Assembly: GCA_028023455.1 (NCBI GenBank)
Contig: JAQFVV010000004.1
Span: 23,498,001 to 23,562,000 of the forward strand
DNA: 64,000 nt
DNA from: Epiperipatus broadwayi
Lineage: Eukaryota; Animalia; Onychophora
Reading direction: 5' to 3'
This document shows positions 1-14,596 of the stretch, one piece after another. The notes beneath the pieces are model-generated. The model saw nothing but the letters and a program-made list of their open reading frames with translations. It did not search any database and was not told the origin of the DNA. Within the stretch, counting starts at the first letter, position 1. Each line of letters begins with the position of its first letter. Both the position numbers and the translations under genes were made by a program.

Positions 1-3000
1 AAATTTATTCAGTTTATGTTGAAAGCACATAGATTTTAGTCTTTATTATTTTTCCTGAAATTGATGTGGAATATTCTGTATAATAAATTACTTTCTATAT
101 AAGTTTTACAAAATTTTACGACATACTTGAAGATAATAATGACTTAAAAAAAAAGAGATGTCTAATTTTTTGCTAAACTAATATATTACATTTATATTTT
201 TTTTAAAAAAATGTTATTGGAAAAAAGTCACCTAGTTTAGATTGGATAAGCAATCCATTCAAATGACTAAAATGTAAAATTTTATAAACTTTACTCAACT
301 ATGAATCAATCCAGAAAATATTACTTCTTTAGTTACTACTGCACCAAACCAAAGAATAACTGACAACAAATTATTACTGAAATTATAAGAAGATTGGAAA
401 TTAAATTTAGATACTTTCATAAATTTTCAATTAAAGATGAGACTTATGTGACATTGTATCAATTTAATAAGTAATATCACTTCATATGGCATATGTACTC
501 CATTTAGTATGATAATACATGATAAAATTATCACAAAGTTCTTTTTATATAGTGGTGGACATGCTATAATGTATTACTTAATATAATAGTAAAGGCACTA
601 GAAGAATTAGAATTTTAATTTTCGATGCTAAGAATATTTTGTCAGATAGTGTTATGATATTATTATGTAATACATTTCCATGGAATACACTTATGGACAA
701 ACAATCCTTCTAATATTGACACTATCAAAAATTATAAAAGCACAAAATATTAAAAAAAAAGATCATTAGATATAAATTGATACTGAACTGTAATATATAA
801 AAAAAAGATATTAGTTAAAAGGCTTTGTTCTGGAAATATATTTTAGATACAGCAATAGAAATAAGTAGTTTTTAATTCTCTTCCACATGATTAACAATTA
901 AAAAATAATTAGGGAAATCATAAAAAGTTTGGAAAACATAAATGATAAGTTGGAGCCACAATCCATTAAAGTCTATCTCTCTATCATTGAGTTAGATCTT
1001 GATTTATAGTTTTGTTAGGATGTTTTAGGCTGAAATCAGAATAAAAGTTTTAAAACATTATGTATTTTAGCATCCAAAATCATCTTTCCTAATGAATGAT
1101 TCAATAAGTTAAAATCATGTTATCTGATATGACAGCATATAAAGTTGAATATATTTATATTAAAATTGTTATTATTTATAAGAATAATTTACACAGAACA
1201 AAGCTGTTAAAAAGTTTCAAATGTCTAAATAAACATAATCCATTTTTTTTCTCTAAACAGTTTAATATACAAATAAGTTTCAAGCATTTCTCAACAGTAG
1301 GAACCACTGCAAATTTTTTTTGATGTATTAGTGGGGTCATATACAATGATTAACTCATGCAATGCATAAATATACATTTCCCCATTTATTTAAAGTCTGA
1401 ACAAAGACTTCTAAGTCATATACAATGAATATTATTTACTAATAGAATTTCACCTAACTTAAACTATCAGTTTCACTGTTCAAAACCTCTGATCTCTAGA
1501 TATCACTATAACTGTCTTATAAAACATCAGACAGTTCTTATAAATATATGATATTAAATATTTTCTTAATAATATATGCTTTAATTATATTTAAAGATGA
1601 AATGTATCATATAAATTCATAAAGTCTAATATTAGAATGCACTAAATTTAAACAATGTATTTTCTTTCATGCACTCTGTATAAATAAATGTATTTTGAAT
1701 TAATACCATTAAGCATTCAAACTATTACAATTACTTTTTCATATAAATGAACTTTATTTTAAAGAAAGTTTATGGCAAAATAAAATTCATTTGAAGTATA
1801 ATAATTATTATAAGTATAAATCTTTAAAGTTAATGAAAAGATATCAAGATAAAATTATTTTGAGAATCAATAAAAAATGGGTACCTTTATGTCATACTAA
1901 TTAAAATATGCAATTCTTGTTATAATGCTGGGAAAAAAAAGCTAATTCACTGAACAAAATGTTGTGATTAATTCTATTGAAAGTTTTCTTCTGATTTTCT
2001 TCTGATGTCTTTCATGTTTTCAATGATTTTTGTTATCAATTTAGTTCTTTTATCTATTTATTATATTTTTAACAGTGACAATACCACATTTTTTTAAAAA
2101 TTATTCTACATACACACATACTGCATAGTAATTTTAGCTATGAGCCAGAAAAATAAATTAGAAATATGATGTGAACTATAGTAAAGAAAAGATTTCCAAA
2201 CTAAAGGCCAATAAAATTATTTAAAAACTGAATGAGAAAAGTTTTTTTAAAAAATAAGAATGAAATAAAAAATAGGCTAGTAGGCAAAAATGTAGATGAA
2301 AAAAATATAATAATTTTAGGTATATACCAAATAATAATAAAAAAATCCAAATTAAAGTATGGTAAAATTATAAAAAGTTAACCACTAAGCATGAATTCAT
2401 TAAACTGACAAAGACCAATGAATGAAATGAAAAAAAAAAAATGTTATTGGAAGCACTACCAACAGACAGAAATAACAATCATGGCTGTCAGATTTTTCAC
2501 AGTATTTCAGGTTTATAACCTTCAGTATTGTTATTACATTTTGTAAGTTTATTTTGCATTTAGTTTTCTGTAATTTCTTCAATATTACTATTCTTTTCAT
2601 AAATTTATAAACATAAATTTTAATCATAAAGGAGGGAAATAGAGTCAAAAAAATAATATATACTGAAGTGAAAAAAAAGTTCATTTCTAAAAAAGAAAGC
2701 TGTAAAACAGTCTACTATTTGAATTCCAAATACAGTATGATTAAAAGGATTCTCTACATCATTTTTAAAAAAATGAGAAATTAAAAAGTAATCAGATAAA
2801 AAAAAGATTTCAACTTAAGGAATTTATGTTGCAACTAAAGAAACGTTCTAGTGTTAATAGTAAAAAAACAAATGACAAAGGTTAGCAACAATTAGGTAAT
2901 CAATCACTTGAGAAAAATTAAGCGTTTGAAGAATTTTTTTGCTGTTTTCTAATAACATATTGTTTCTGTGAAATATTTTATTACTAGCAAAGCCAGATTC

Positions 3001-4709
3001 ATTGGATATAAGAAAAGATCTGAATTGCACATCATTACAAGGCATGGTAAAACTTATAGCCAGGTAGAATCACTGATGTATGTTAACTCCTAAAAAATCA
3101 AGTCTGATTTTTTTTATTAGAATATGTAAGTGTATATTTTAATTTTATGCTTTTAAATAATTTTTAGTTGTCTTTAAAATATAACTTTACTATATGAACA
3201 CCAATAACTTTTACATGTATTTTTACATTTATAATTGTTTTGTGTGTGTGTGCTTAAATTGTTCTTTTGAATGGTATTGTTGGCATTGGTTGTGTGCCTG
3301 CAATAAATTATCCCTTAAATATATGCATTTTAATGTTAACAATAATGAACCATTTGTTTAAGGAATGGCTTTCTGGATCCAATTAATTTCTTTTAGCAGA
3401 CTAATAACTTATTTGCATTTTTATTTTGCAAAAAAAAAAAAAAAGTTTATATAAAAAGAGAAATTTATTAAGTGAAAGAAAATGACCATATATAATAGTT
3501 CCTGCAATAAATTTTATCAGTCATTATGCTCAATATTAGATTGAAAACGATATTAAAAAAAAGGAAAACTTCTATCCCTTGTTTGAACAGTATAGTGATG
3601 TTCATAGGATATTTTAATGTACATGTTGATGGTAATAGTAGACTGTGGTGCCCCAAGTTATTAGATGCATTCTTCTAACATAAATTCATAACACAGAAGT
3701 CAATATTATACGAATATTATAAATTTATATTATTGTTTAGATAATAAATTAATACAATTCGGTGGCAATACCTAATAAAGGCAGTGACTTTAGAGGATGC
3801 AGCCCAAAGGTTCTATTAACTGGAGGGCCTTCAAAGAATAGTTAAAATTGAAAGTTATTTCATTTGTAAAGGCTAAATCAATCAATATATTAAATGTTTA
3901 CATTTTGTCTGTACCTTTTTTAAAAAAAAAAAATTATTGGGGAAGAGGATTCACAGTTCGCTAGCCCATAATATGAAGGTCTGCAAACTCATAATTCAGC
4001 TCTGATTACTGATTAAAACAATAATAATCTTTTAAAAAACAAGACATATCCTCAAATTTTTTGTATAAAATTTAATTTTTTTTTTTTTTTAAAAATAAAT
4101 AAATAAATAAATGCTATTTATGTAAAAAAAATAAACTTTCAAGTTGAATTGAAATAATTTTCAAGTTATTCATATTATTAATACATAGGTTTCTCTTAAA
4201 AAGAATCTAAATAAGTCCGTTCTTGGATTCATAAAAAAAAACAAAAAACTGTTTCTTAGGCAACATTTGATTAAAATAAAATATATATCAGTCTGCTTAG
4301 ATGAATAAAAAAATAAACGTGGAATTCATAAGCAATAAAGTTAATATCATTTGTTGATTGTAGTCAATTGACCTTTTCACAATGCATTAAAAATAACGTA
4401 TGGTCTAAAAACAATATATAACTCTTATAAATCAATGGGTGACATTTTAATATGATAATGCTGACATTTTGAGCAGATGGGACAAAAGATATTCTGAATA
4501 ATCTTTTGAATTCATGAATTCAGATGATCAACTTGAACAGAGAGATCAGTTTGGTTTGATAAGATTAAAATAGCTCTCCACAATTTAAAAAAAATGGAAA
4601 AACTATGAGTGTTAGTAGGACTCCCAGAAAAGTTTAAAATATAGTGCTATATTCACTGTCATTAAACAAGAATGTGTAATAATCCCCTCTTTTTACATTT
4701 TTGTGGCAG

Positions 4710-4760
4710 TTTATAAATAATTTCATGAAGCGAGCATCAAAATGGGATAGATTCCACAGA
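4710..4760 (+). CDS. Possible 51-nt coding exon (FINNFMKRASKWDRFHR), unverified
   Basis: Pyrimidine tract ending ...ttttgtggcag, one open frame of 17 codons, donor aga|gtaagt. Alternative: part of a decayed LINE, since upstream 4560-4640 translates to KIALHNLKKNGK..GLPEKF. Confidence 0.25.
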
Positions 4761-5190
4761 GTAAGTTTTAATTGAACAATTAAAAGTTAAAATATGTTTT
4801 AAGCTTTTGATCTACAATATGCTAATCATTATATTATTATGGCTATTCATCCAAAAGGTGGAGTACAGAGGATTCTTAATGTAATCTATAAAAATTTTGT
4901 TTAGTAAGTAATGTTCAAAAATTTTAGTGATAGAGAAAAATATTCAGCTTGGTTTGAATGGTTATTGGATTAAAAATGTAGATTGGTCTAAAGATAGTGC
5001 TAGCTTTTAAAATAAAAAGATGTACTTGGCTTTGTGTCTTTTCTTCTTCCTAGAAGTTTATTATTCAAATATCTTCTTTACTTTTTTTTTTCATTTCTCT
5101 TCATATATTCATACACATTACAATTTTCTTATCATCTCCTCATATATACTTTAATGCAATCTTTTTTTAATGTATGTCCTTCTTTATTTT

Positions 5191-5228
5191 GCTTACAGTT
5201 TCGACAGTCCTGCACTCTTCATCAGAGC
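5191..5228 (-). ncRNA. Minimal type-I hammerhead, family A (core intact, helix II damaged)
   Basis: Minus strand GCT CTGATGA A GAGTG CAGGA CTGTC GAAA C T GTA AGC: helix I GCT/AGC, GUA cleavage triplet, helix III AC-T-GT. Confidence 0.75.
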
Positions 5229-5281
5229 TATGACATTTAAACATATATAAAATAATGGTTATATATATCTTTAGAAGTTGT

Positions 5282-5319
5282 AGTCTGATAAAGACTGCAG
5301 GACAGTCAAAACTGTAAGC
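5282..5319 (+). ncRNA. Inactivated hammerhead, family A
   Basis: AGT CTGATAA A GACTG CAGGA CAGTC AAAA CT GTA AGC: perfect helix II but G8A and G12A in the core. Confidence 0.7.
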
Positions 5320-8245
5320 AAAATAAAATATAGAATATATATATATATATAAGATTGCATTAAAGTGTATATGAGGAGATAAGAAAATTTTAATACATAT
5401 GAATATATTAAGGAAAAGCACAGATATAAATGTTCTGCAGCATTTAAAATAAGAGTATTTCATCATATAACAACTTAAATTACTTATATGAAAGTAAGAT
5501 TTGAAACTACAACTGAAATAACCATTAAACACTTTCCCCTCCAAATAGTTATAAGATATAAAACAAATTAGTATAAAATCATGCTCATTGGATAAGATGA
5601 TACTGAATTTGCAATTACAGTGTACATTTTCAATGATTAGCTATGTAAAATGGAAATTCTTAAAAAAGTAGTTTGTGGTGAATTTGAGCATAGTTTTTAG
5701 GGGAGAGGTAGATTTATTTACATTGTAATGTTTATTTTAAAAATGCTAAAAAGGGTTGTGATGTCACCTGCTTTCATTGGAAAGAAAAATCTTAAAAGAT
5801 TTCAAAAAGAAAAGTTTCATGTGGAAGAGACTAAAATAACTTTCCAACATATCAAACAAAAAGATTAAGGAACCAGAATATGTGAATATAACATCTCATA
5901 GATTTGTTATATTATCATAACATAACATCTATATTTCTATTTTTTTTTAATGACTCTCAGAAATTATGGTAGCCATATTTATTTACAAGAAATGCTAATG
6001 CTGATTAAAAACCATACAAATGAATTTAAAAATATTGTTCACATGGGCTTTATATGCATGACTTTAACTATAATGAGTAATTTTATTAAATATTGTCCTA
6101 TTTATTTTAGTATAATATTACCTATCAATTTTTGTCTCTCTTTAATAATATAGAAATGATTATCTCAATAGAATATGTCTTTCAGAGAAAATTTCTTAGC
6201 AAAGACATTTTTCTGCATTATATTACTTTATAATTTTTACATCAGATATTTAATTATTAAATAACTAACTAAATGTGTGGTTTATATATGTAATAAGATA
6301 AGATATTTAAACTAATGCTACTTCAGAATCACAATCATTTCCAAGTGTTTTTCTGCAGAAATACAATGCTCTAGTTCTTATAATTATAGATTAAAATATT
6401 ATAATTATTTTTTGTTTTTAATTAAATTTTTAATACACAATGCTTAATATTCAAATATATTCTATCAATAAAAAAAAAACAAAACATTCTTATAGCCAAT
6501 CTGGAATATGCGATCACGTTCTTATAGCTTTAAACATTAAACAGTTTGATTTGTTTTAATTTTTTATTGATAAAAATAAAAACATTTTTTTAATTTAATT
6601 TTTTGTGAATATTCACAACTATTTACTTTTCCTTTAATTAAAATAAAAAGTCTTATAGTATAGTAGTTAGTGCATCAACCAGCCGTATCAATGACTAGGG
6701 GTTCAAAACTTTTTCAATTAATAAAGAATTGTCCAATCAAATGTAGGATATTTTCAGATATTCAGTTTGTAGTTCAATTCACCATTAGTAAATGAATCGA
6801 GAAGAATAGATTATAAAAGAAAAACTTGATTGTAATGTGATGCAGTCCTCATCCATAGTTTACCTCTTGTTAATTTATAATATATGGGTAAATAAATGGA
6901 AAAAAATATTTTAGCATACAATTCCAAACATCAGATTTTATTATTAAAGTTTAAATATAAATATATTGTGTTTGTTATTTTATTTGCTAAAGATATAAAA
7001 CAATTGTAAAAATGACTCTTAGTTTAGCATTTAAAATTTGCATTTATAGCATTGTTTTATTATAGGAGAATGTCAAATATTTGTGCAATTAGCTTATAAA
7101 TGAACTCTATACTGAAGACATAGATTGGTTTTTAGAAAAATGGGAATTATGAATTATTTAAATGCAGTGAATTGGTCAGGGTGGAGAGTTACTACTTTTG
7201 CTTTAAGTCTAATAATATGTCAATATTTATTATGTTATGTATTTTACATACATACATGTTTGAAAGTATGTGTATACAAACATTTAATTATCTGGGCAAA
7301 CATTTAGAATAGGATTTTGGTATAGTTAAAAAAAATATTGTTATGAATGCAGCATGAAAAGATAATTTTGGGATTTGTGATTTAAAGGCCACATAACAAA
7401 AACAAAAATAGAGAAAATATTCTTGACATTTAAAAAAAATCAAAGGGTTTTTAGAACAAGAAGCGCATTCACTGAAAATATTATTTAGCTATAGTTCTAT
7501 CATTATAAAACTGTAATCTAGATATTATTGATGTAATTGGAAGGTTATAAATCAAGTTAATTTTTTTTCTTCTTCATTTATCACATATTAGAGAATAAAT
7601 AAAACAAATATTTGGCTAAAATAAAAGTTCAGATTGGGGTGGGTGGGTGCATGATACAAGTCATTTTTTCTGCCATCAAGCAACATCTGGAAAAACATTA
7701 ACACTAAAAGATTATCATGTGTCAGAGAAATAAACAATAGTCAACCACTGAAAAACTAATGGAATCTTGTCTCAATCAATTAACAAAGACTGTAAAAACA
7801 AAAGAAAAAAGTGTTAGTCAAATTGTTCACAAATGGTAAAGTTTTTAAATTTATTCTTAGAAATCTAAATCATAGTGTTATTTTCAATTTATTTAATCTG
7901 CATAAATTAACTGTGGAAATTTATTAATACAGTACTTTCTCATGAAATATTTTATGATGAATAATTTACAAAGGATTTTTGCATTACCTCTCTCATCTGC
8001 ATTACTGCCTATTTTTCAATACCAGGGATCACTAGATCACTCCTTATATATTACATCTGTAATTTTTGTAAAATAGTACTAGTAGAAATGCATTCAATGG
8101 TTATTGTAATACTTAAAACAGTTTTTTTAAAAAAATTTAAACTTAATTAATAACCATGTGCATGTTTTTGTTGCATACTGGCATGAAAATATACTTTTTA
8201 ATTAAAAAATTTGATTGTTTTCTCTATATATATGTTTGGCATTTT

Positions 8246-8875
8246 GGCATCAGGGTGGCCTTTGAGCATTCCATCACCAGATTTTCAATTGGATGGACAG
8301 TTGAAGAGTTGAAGTGGATTGAAACCTGTCCATTATGTGAAAGTCTGTGCTTATATATCCTATATATTACATATATTGTTCAAGATATATAATAAGCCTG
8401 TATTTCAGCTATTACATAGTAGAGATATATGCCCATCCCTTGTATATGTATTAAATGGATTATGTCCTATACATGAGGGGTCAGATTGACTTTAGGTCAA
8501 CATGGGTGTGATGAGAATCTCGGCATCAGGGTGGCCTTTGAACGTTCCATCATCAGATTTTCAATTGGATGAACGGTTGAAGAGTTGGAGTGGATTGAAG
8601 CCTGTCCATTAAAGTATTAAGATTGGCTATCTTAATATTTATCTGAGCACTTATTGCATATATGTGTATATATAATAATCTGGACCAACTGATGATTGCT
8701 GGTTTAGCATGAAATACATATATTGGTGATTATTTATTTTTTCGACATATGTGTTCAAGTGAATCCGAGTTATGAGATAGAATGGAGAGTGGTGGGTTAT
8801 GTGAAAGTCTGTGCTCATATATCCTATATATTACATATATTGATACAAGTAAATAATAAGTCTGTATTTCAGTTA
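8246..8875 (+). mobile_element. Tandem copies of HHR repeat family D; first copy internally deleted
   Basis: 8246-8335 matches 8522-8611 and 8336-8413 matches 8800-8875; the ~188 bp carrying the HHR is missing from the first copy. Homologous to 52083-52745. Confidence 0.8.
8684..8727 (+). ncRNA. Type-I hammerhead, family D (core intact, helix II closing pair broken)
   Basis: ACCAA CTGATGA TTGCTG GTT TAGCAT GAAA TACATATA TTGGT: helix I 5 bp, AUA triplet, helix III ATA/TAT. Confidence 0.75.
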
Positions 8876-10522
8876 TAAAATAAAAATTATAAATGTTTCA
8901 ACAACAGAATACCATCATTAAATAACTGCAAGTGAATACTCATTCATGAAGATCGATTAATTAGAAACTAGTTAGAATCTGGTTCCAAAAACTTCCATTA
9001 CTCATACTTATATAGCATCATCCAATGGAATGATAATAAAATGTGATTTATTTCCTAAAACTTTCAGTTGTCTTATTTACAACATAAAACATTCCTCTTT
9101 ATTTATATATATCAATGCCATTTGCTATTAGTAATTTGAATTTAAAAAATAATAAAAGCATTTCAAATTTAAAATGACATGAAACACCTTTTTACTTTAG
9201 ATTGAAAGATTTTATTTTTGTTTTATCTTAAAACTTTGATGATGTTCAGTTTATTTTTCTACAACTCCAAAACTTAGCTTTTAAAATACAACAAATAACA
9301 CATTTTATTTACTCTGACCAATTAAGTATTTGAATTTCCAATCTGTAAATAAATATTCCTCTCCCCAAATAAAGCAGATATATAAGTAAACACAACGTGA
9401 ATCACTGGAAAATAAAATAATGTAAACTGATTACTGATTTTAAACCATTGAGAAAGGGAACACAATCTACAGAGATAAAAGACATGATGTTAAAAAAGAC
9501 AACTACAGAATAATTTTAAAAAATATAAATAATACATTTTTTTATACCATAAAGTGGTGCATTAGGATTTTAAAGATCAGCAATCATCATAAACAAGCAA
9601 AGAAAATTGTTATATATGTATAGGCTGGACTGATCAGGTTACTGTAGATTGATTTTAATACAATTCAATCATTATATATGCACAGTCAAATACAATCTAA
9701 TAAAACAGTATTGTTAGATATATATAAAGAAATCTCCCATATACATAACATGGCAAAATATTGTTGCAAAAGTTAATTTAATATCAAGATTAATTGTTCA
9801 CCTATCTATTGCAATTCCATTGAACTGTTTCTTGGTCATTTGTTTACTTTTGTCCAATTTTAAACAATAGTTGCACAGATATGCCATTAAACAAGATCAA
9901 TAAAAATCAATTGTACAATTTGAATTTTTATTTTGCAGTAAAGATATAAAAAAGCTGCATAACTGTGTAGTAATAAAGAGTACATACATATATCTACATC
10001 TGCTGTTCCACTGACTGTAATCATAAATTGTTGTAGCTTAAATTGTCATTTTCAGGCTGTATGTGTAAATTGTAAAATATTTATTTTTATTTATAAATAT
10101 AATATTCATTTTTCTAACTCTAAATCTCCTCTAACATTAATTTTATGTTATTGTTTTTTTATAATTTATGCAAGAAAATAAGTAAACAAGACACATACTA
10201 TTAACAAAAATATACTGTTTACATTTTAATTGGACAAGGTTATGTTAGCATAATAAAGTTACATAGAAGCAACCGTTATTCACTGTTAGATATGCCCTGT
10301 ATGGTTTAGTGCACTGGTAGAATGTCAGTCTTTGGAGTGCTAATTCCAGTGGTGGCATTTCCAGCATTCAAACTTCTTATGAACTCTCCAATACAATTAT
10401 TTGATTATTATTATTTTATTTATTAATTGTGCAAACTTATTTATAATATATTGTAGATAATTAATAGTAGTGTGACCTCATCAATTCTTCCATAATCTAA
10501 ATATATTTATCATGGATAGCAA

Positions 10523-10638
10523 GTTTACACAGAGGCAAAACTCTCCATACAGTAGTGCCACTCAGGTGCAAGCCAGAGTAATCAATGTATGCAGGAAGTT
10601 TGGTGCATAAAATCCCTATCTAGTGCCTCTGTGTAAAC
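10523..10638 (-). mobile_element. 5'-truncated fragment of family B (no HHR) with 15-bp inverted ends
   Basis: Interior matches 40040-40135; ends GTTTACACAGAGGCA / TGCCTCTGTGTAAAC. Confidence 0.75.
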
Positions 10639-13600
10639 AGCTTGTGTAAATATAACAAATGATGATCATGTGATATTTAATAATTTGATAGCAAGTTTAC
10701 TTATTTAAAATAAAAACGCAATATATCTTATATATAAATTTCCACACTCAATGCTTAACAAAACAGTCTGCTCTTAGAATATGAAAATATCAATTTTTAT
10801 TGTCTTTTCTCTTTAGTTTATTTTTTTTTTCATTGATTTATATAAAAAAAAATAACTATCTAAAAACAGATAAATAATTCCTGAAAATTGATTCTTTTCA
10901 TTCTAAGTGAACGATTATAATATTAACACATTAAACATACATCAAAATTTAAATAAAAATAACTGCTTGTCAGCTATACTGAAGATTCATTACTAATATA
11001 TAGAAATGTGTACATATAGGAAGACATGTTAGCTTTTATTAGATAATATGATTCAAATTTAAAACAGGTTGAATAAACATTTAACAAGATTTTAGAAAAA
11101 AATGGAAAGTTTTTCAAAAAATTAGAAATAAGATTTATCTTAAACAATAACAAGAATTCCTTAGCTAAAAAGCTGAATTGGTTATTAATCCTGTGAAGGA
11201 GTGGCTGATTTGAAGGAGACAAACAACTCTTTTCTTAAAACATTGTTACATATATCAGGTGCATAAGTACAAGATAATGACTAACTCTGTGTTTATCTGT
11301 GACTAATGGTACCCATAACATTTAAGCCATCAGTTTGATTATAACATGTGTTTTGTAAATTGTATTTGAAAAATATCACAAACTCCAAAGTCAGTGTTAG
11401 TGGATTTATGCCTGATTGTGGTGAATATTACAAACATTTTGCAAAGCCAATTATTGAAGATTCTGAATAATTAATATTAAAAACTTTTTTTTTTTGTTAG
11501 CAATAACAATGTTTCTGTTTTGTTTTTGTTTTTTTAAATCTTTACATTTCATTGTTTAATAATTTCTAATTGTAAACTAAAAAAAAATATTTAAAAAATA
11601 TATTTATTATATAAATGTAATAAAATGTAAATTTGCAAAGTTCGCTATTTTTTTTTTGCATTTCACCATTTAATAACTATGAATGTATTTCTCATATATA
11701 TGCAATCTATATTATAATTTCTTTTGACCACAGCCTCATTATTAAAAACAAAATTATTTGAAAAAAAATATGGTCTGATTTCAAGGTCATTAAGAAAAGT
11801 GTAGTTAGATATTTGAATACAAGTAAATGTTAGCAATATCTTTGCTGGCAAAAAAATTCCACTAGTATGTTTACAATTACATTTTATATATTCTCATAAA
11901 GAAACACATCAATTTTAGTCAGTGAATTACATTTAGATATGTTAATGTTGATTTAATTTTGTTTTATACATAGATAGGCTTAAAAGTGAAAAATCTAATG
12001 TACTGTCAAATTAATATTAAATTACTATAGTGATGAGTTACAACCTAACACACCATCCAATTATTTAGGGCACTCTGCCAATTGGAGCCACATAAACATA
12101 TTTGCTTAACTAATAAATTGCCAAGCAATTTACCATATTAACATTTTTCCTTTCCAACATATACATTTACATAAACATCTTTTTATTTTTAAAGAAATAA
12201 TAAAAACCATTAAACCACTAGGGAAAACAGATGGGTATACTAACACTGGAATAAAACATGTGTTATGTGTCACTAACTGGGGAGAACTATACCAAAAACT
12301 TGCACATAAACCTCACAAAACAATGACTGAATTTAAATCTAATCACATAGCAACCAGCTGTAGAAACGAAATTTAAAATGTTCACAAATTATTGTTTTAA
12401 TCCCAATTATATATATTATGTCTGCTCAACAATGGAAAATGACAAGGTTGATATATTTAAAAAAACTACACACAATCTACAAAGTGTTATTAATTGTTAT
12501 ATTGTCTTCTGCATTCGAAGATAAAGCTTTTTTTTTTCTGTTAAAAAAAGAAATTCGAATACAAAGATGGATATATATGTTCGAATTTAAATATATATAT
12601 ATATATTTTAAATAGTATTCAGAATTATCAAAAGATGAACTTTTAAAGCAACCATACAAATTGGAAGAAGTAATTTAAAACAGAAGATTCAATTATTTAC
12701 TCATTAAGCAACTTTAGTTGTATTCATGTAATAACAATAATATACAATAATTAACTGTTTTGTTATATAGAAATATCGCCACTAAAGTCTTGAAAAATAA
12801 ATCAATCAATAGATATATAATATTATCTTTATACCATGGTTGTTTGCTAAACAGTTCATACCATAGGGAATACTACATTATCAATAAAGCCATGAAAGCT
12901 TAAAGATTTCACCTACCCATTTAGAAGAAACCTGAAGACCATCTTTTGCCTTGAACAAAATGCCTAACCAAATCCAAGAGAGGGTAATTGGAGAAGATTA
13001 CTGTTTTTTGATCCAGACAAGAAATTTCCACTCTCTGCAGGAGCAGTATTTCATCTTCATTCATAGGAACTTATTTGGCAAATAAACAGTTTCCAGCAGA
13101 CTCATCAAACTTTAATTAATATAATGGGATAAAAATTGTGATTTTTGTTTTATTATTATTTTTTTTTTTTGTCTATTGTAAATTTTCTGTATATTTTCGT
13201 TTTCTACAATTGGAAGCCAATGTGTTATAATTTTGGGAAAATTCATTATGAGAGTAAGGAGGGGGAAAATATTAGATTTAACTATTTTTTTTTTATCATC
13301 TTCATTTGTATGAAATAATAAAAAATACACTAGTTTTGACCTCCCCATATGACTGACTTTTGACAACATAAAGGGAAATGAGAGGTAAGAGATTTTAATA
13401 TTATCTCACATTAAGCAATACACTAGATAATGATAGAGTTTATATTAATTTATTTATTATTAATTAAGCTTACTTTTATATTGCTTTTGTATAAATGATT
13501 TATAACCATTGATCTATCTGGACAACAAAGATTTTATTTTATTTTTATGTTTGTATATATATTTTAACTTAGCCAGATAGAATCGCGATCACACATATAT

Positions 13601-14596
13601 AATAATGTTACATATTCATCCTTGTAAATGATTGGTCAAGTGCATGAATTTCTACCATTGGGTTGAGGGTAAGGACTTTATTTTTATTAATATCATTATT
13701 AGATATCAATATGGTAGAAATTCATCCTTGACATAACAAATTACATGTGTCAGATTGAATTATTATTCGTATTTTATATTTTTGTTAATCAATAAATGTT
13801 AATATAATTCGTTATTTTAATTTGGTCTCTAGCTCATCATTATTTCCATATCCACCATCAGCTTTATAGCTCTTCATTATTCACATAACCATCATAAACA
13901 TTATAATCTTAATTATTCTAATACATATCAATATTATTATTATTATTATAGAGGAAATACATATACATATTTAGGTCAATTATTATAACTTTAATACATA
14001 TATACTTATACTGCACATACATATTTTTTTTATATATATATCTTATGGTTTTGGATATGCTTAATTGATTTTTGGTAATTAATTATCACCTATATAGAGG
14101 TGCAATAACTACTATTAGTGTGATCTCCTTTCCTGATAAGAGAGTCCAAGCAACTACTCCCTGAGTTCGAATACTGTGGTATAACGTGGCTAGAGAAGGG
14201 TGAGAATTGGATGAACTGACCCAAATTGTATCTAGGTTAATAACAATAGGTAAAGCTAGTCTATTGGAAGTAGATACAATCATAGGTTATGTATTTCATT
14301 GTGTAATCACTTGCATCCTATCCAAAGACCAAAAGTCTGACCATAGTAAGATGTGCTCCCCCTATCTCTTGGGAAACACCAGCTCATTACATTACATTTA
14401 GTTAAAATAAACCAATAGTTAATTACATGTGTGTAAGTTTAATATATAAATAGCATGTATGAATCAAATGATAGAATAGTTGTATATTTTGCTATTACTA
14501 TTAAGACTATCTATGAATTTGAACCTGAAATTTTAAATTTGAGTGTAATGTGTCAGAACTGGAATCAATCCATCAGAAATGTTACAACCAGAATAG

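Larger units (their letters stand above)
5183..5327. repeat. Head-to-head inverted pair of HHR-bearing repeat, family A (PLE pLTR/retrozyme-like)
   Basis: Arms ~5183-5250 and ~5261-5327 are reverse complements; each reads CTGAT(G/A)A..stem..(G/A)AAACTGTAAGCAAAATAAA outward. Confidence 0.8.

Noticed and set aside
10294-10380. tRNA-like stretch (TGGTTTAGTG..GGTAGAAT..CTTTGGAG)
   Set aside because: A-box-like start but no T arm/B box or acceptor pairing; at most a heavily decayed SINE.
13635-13732. 22-24-bp inverted repeat (gtcaag..gaatttctaccat / atggtagaaattcatccttgac)
   Set aside because: The hairpin is real, but there is no ribozyme core, TSD or second copy to interpret it.
14086-14283. 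Minus ORF resembling a LINE endonuclease
   Set aside because: Only vague similarity; no diagnostic motif.
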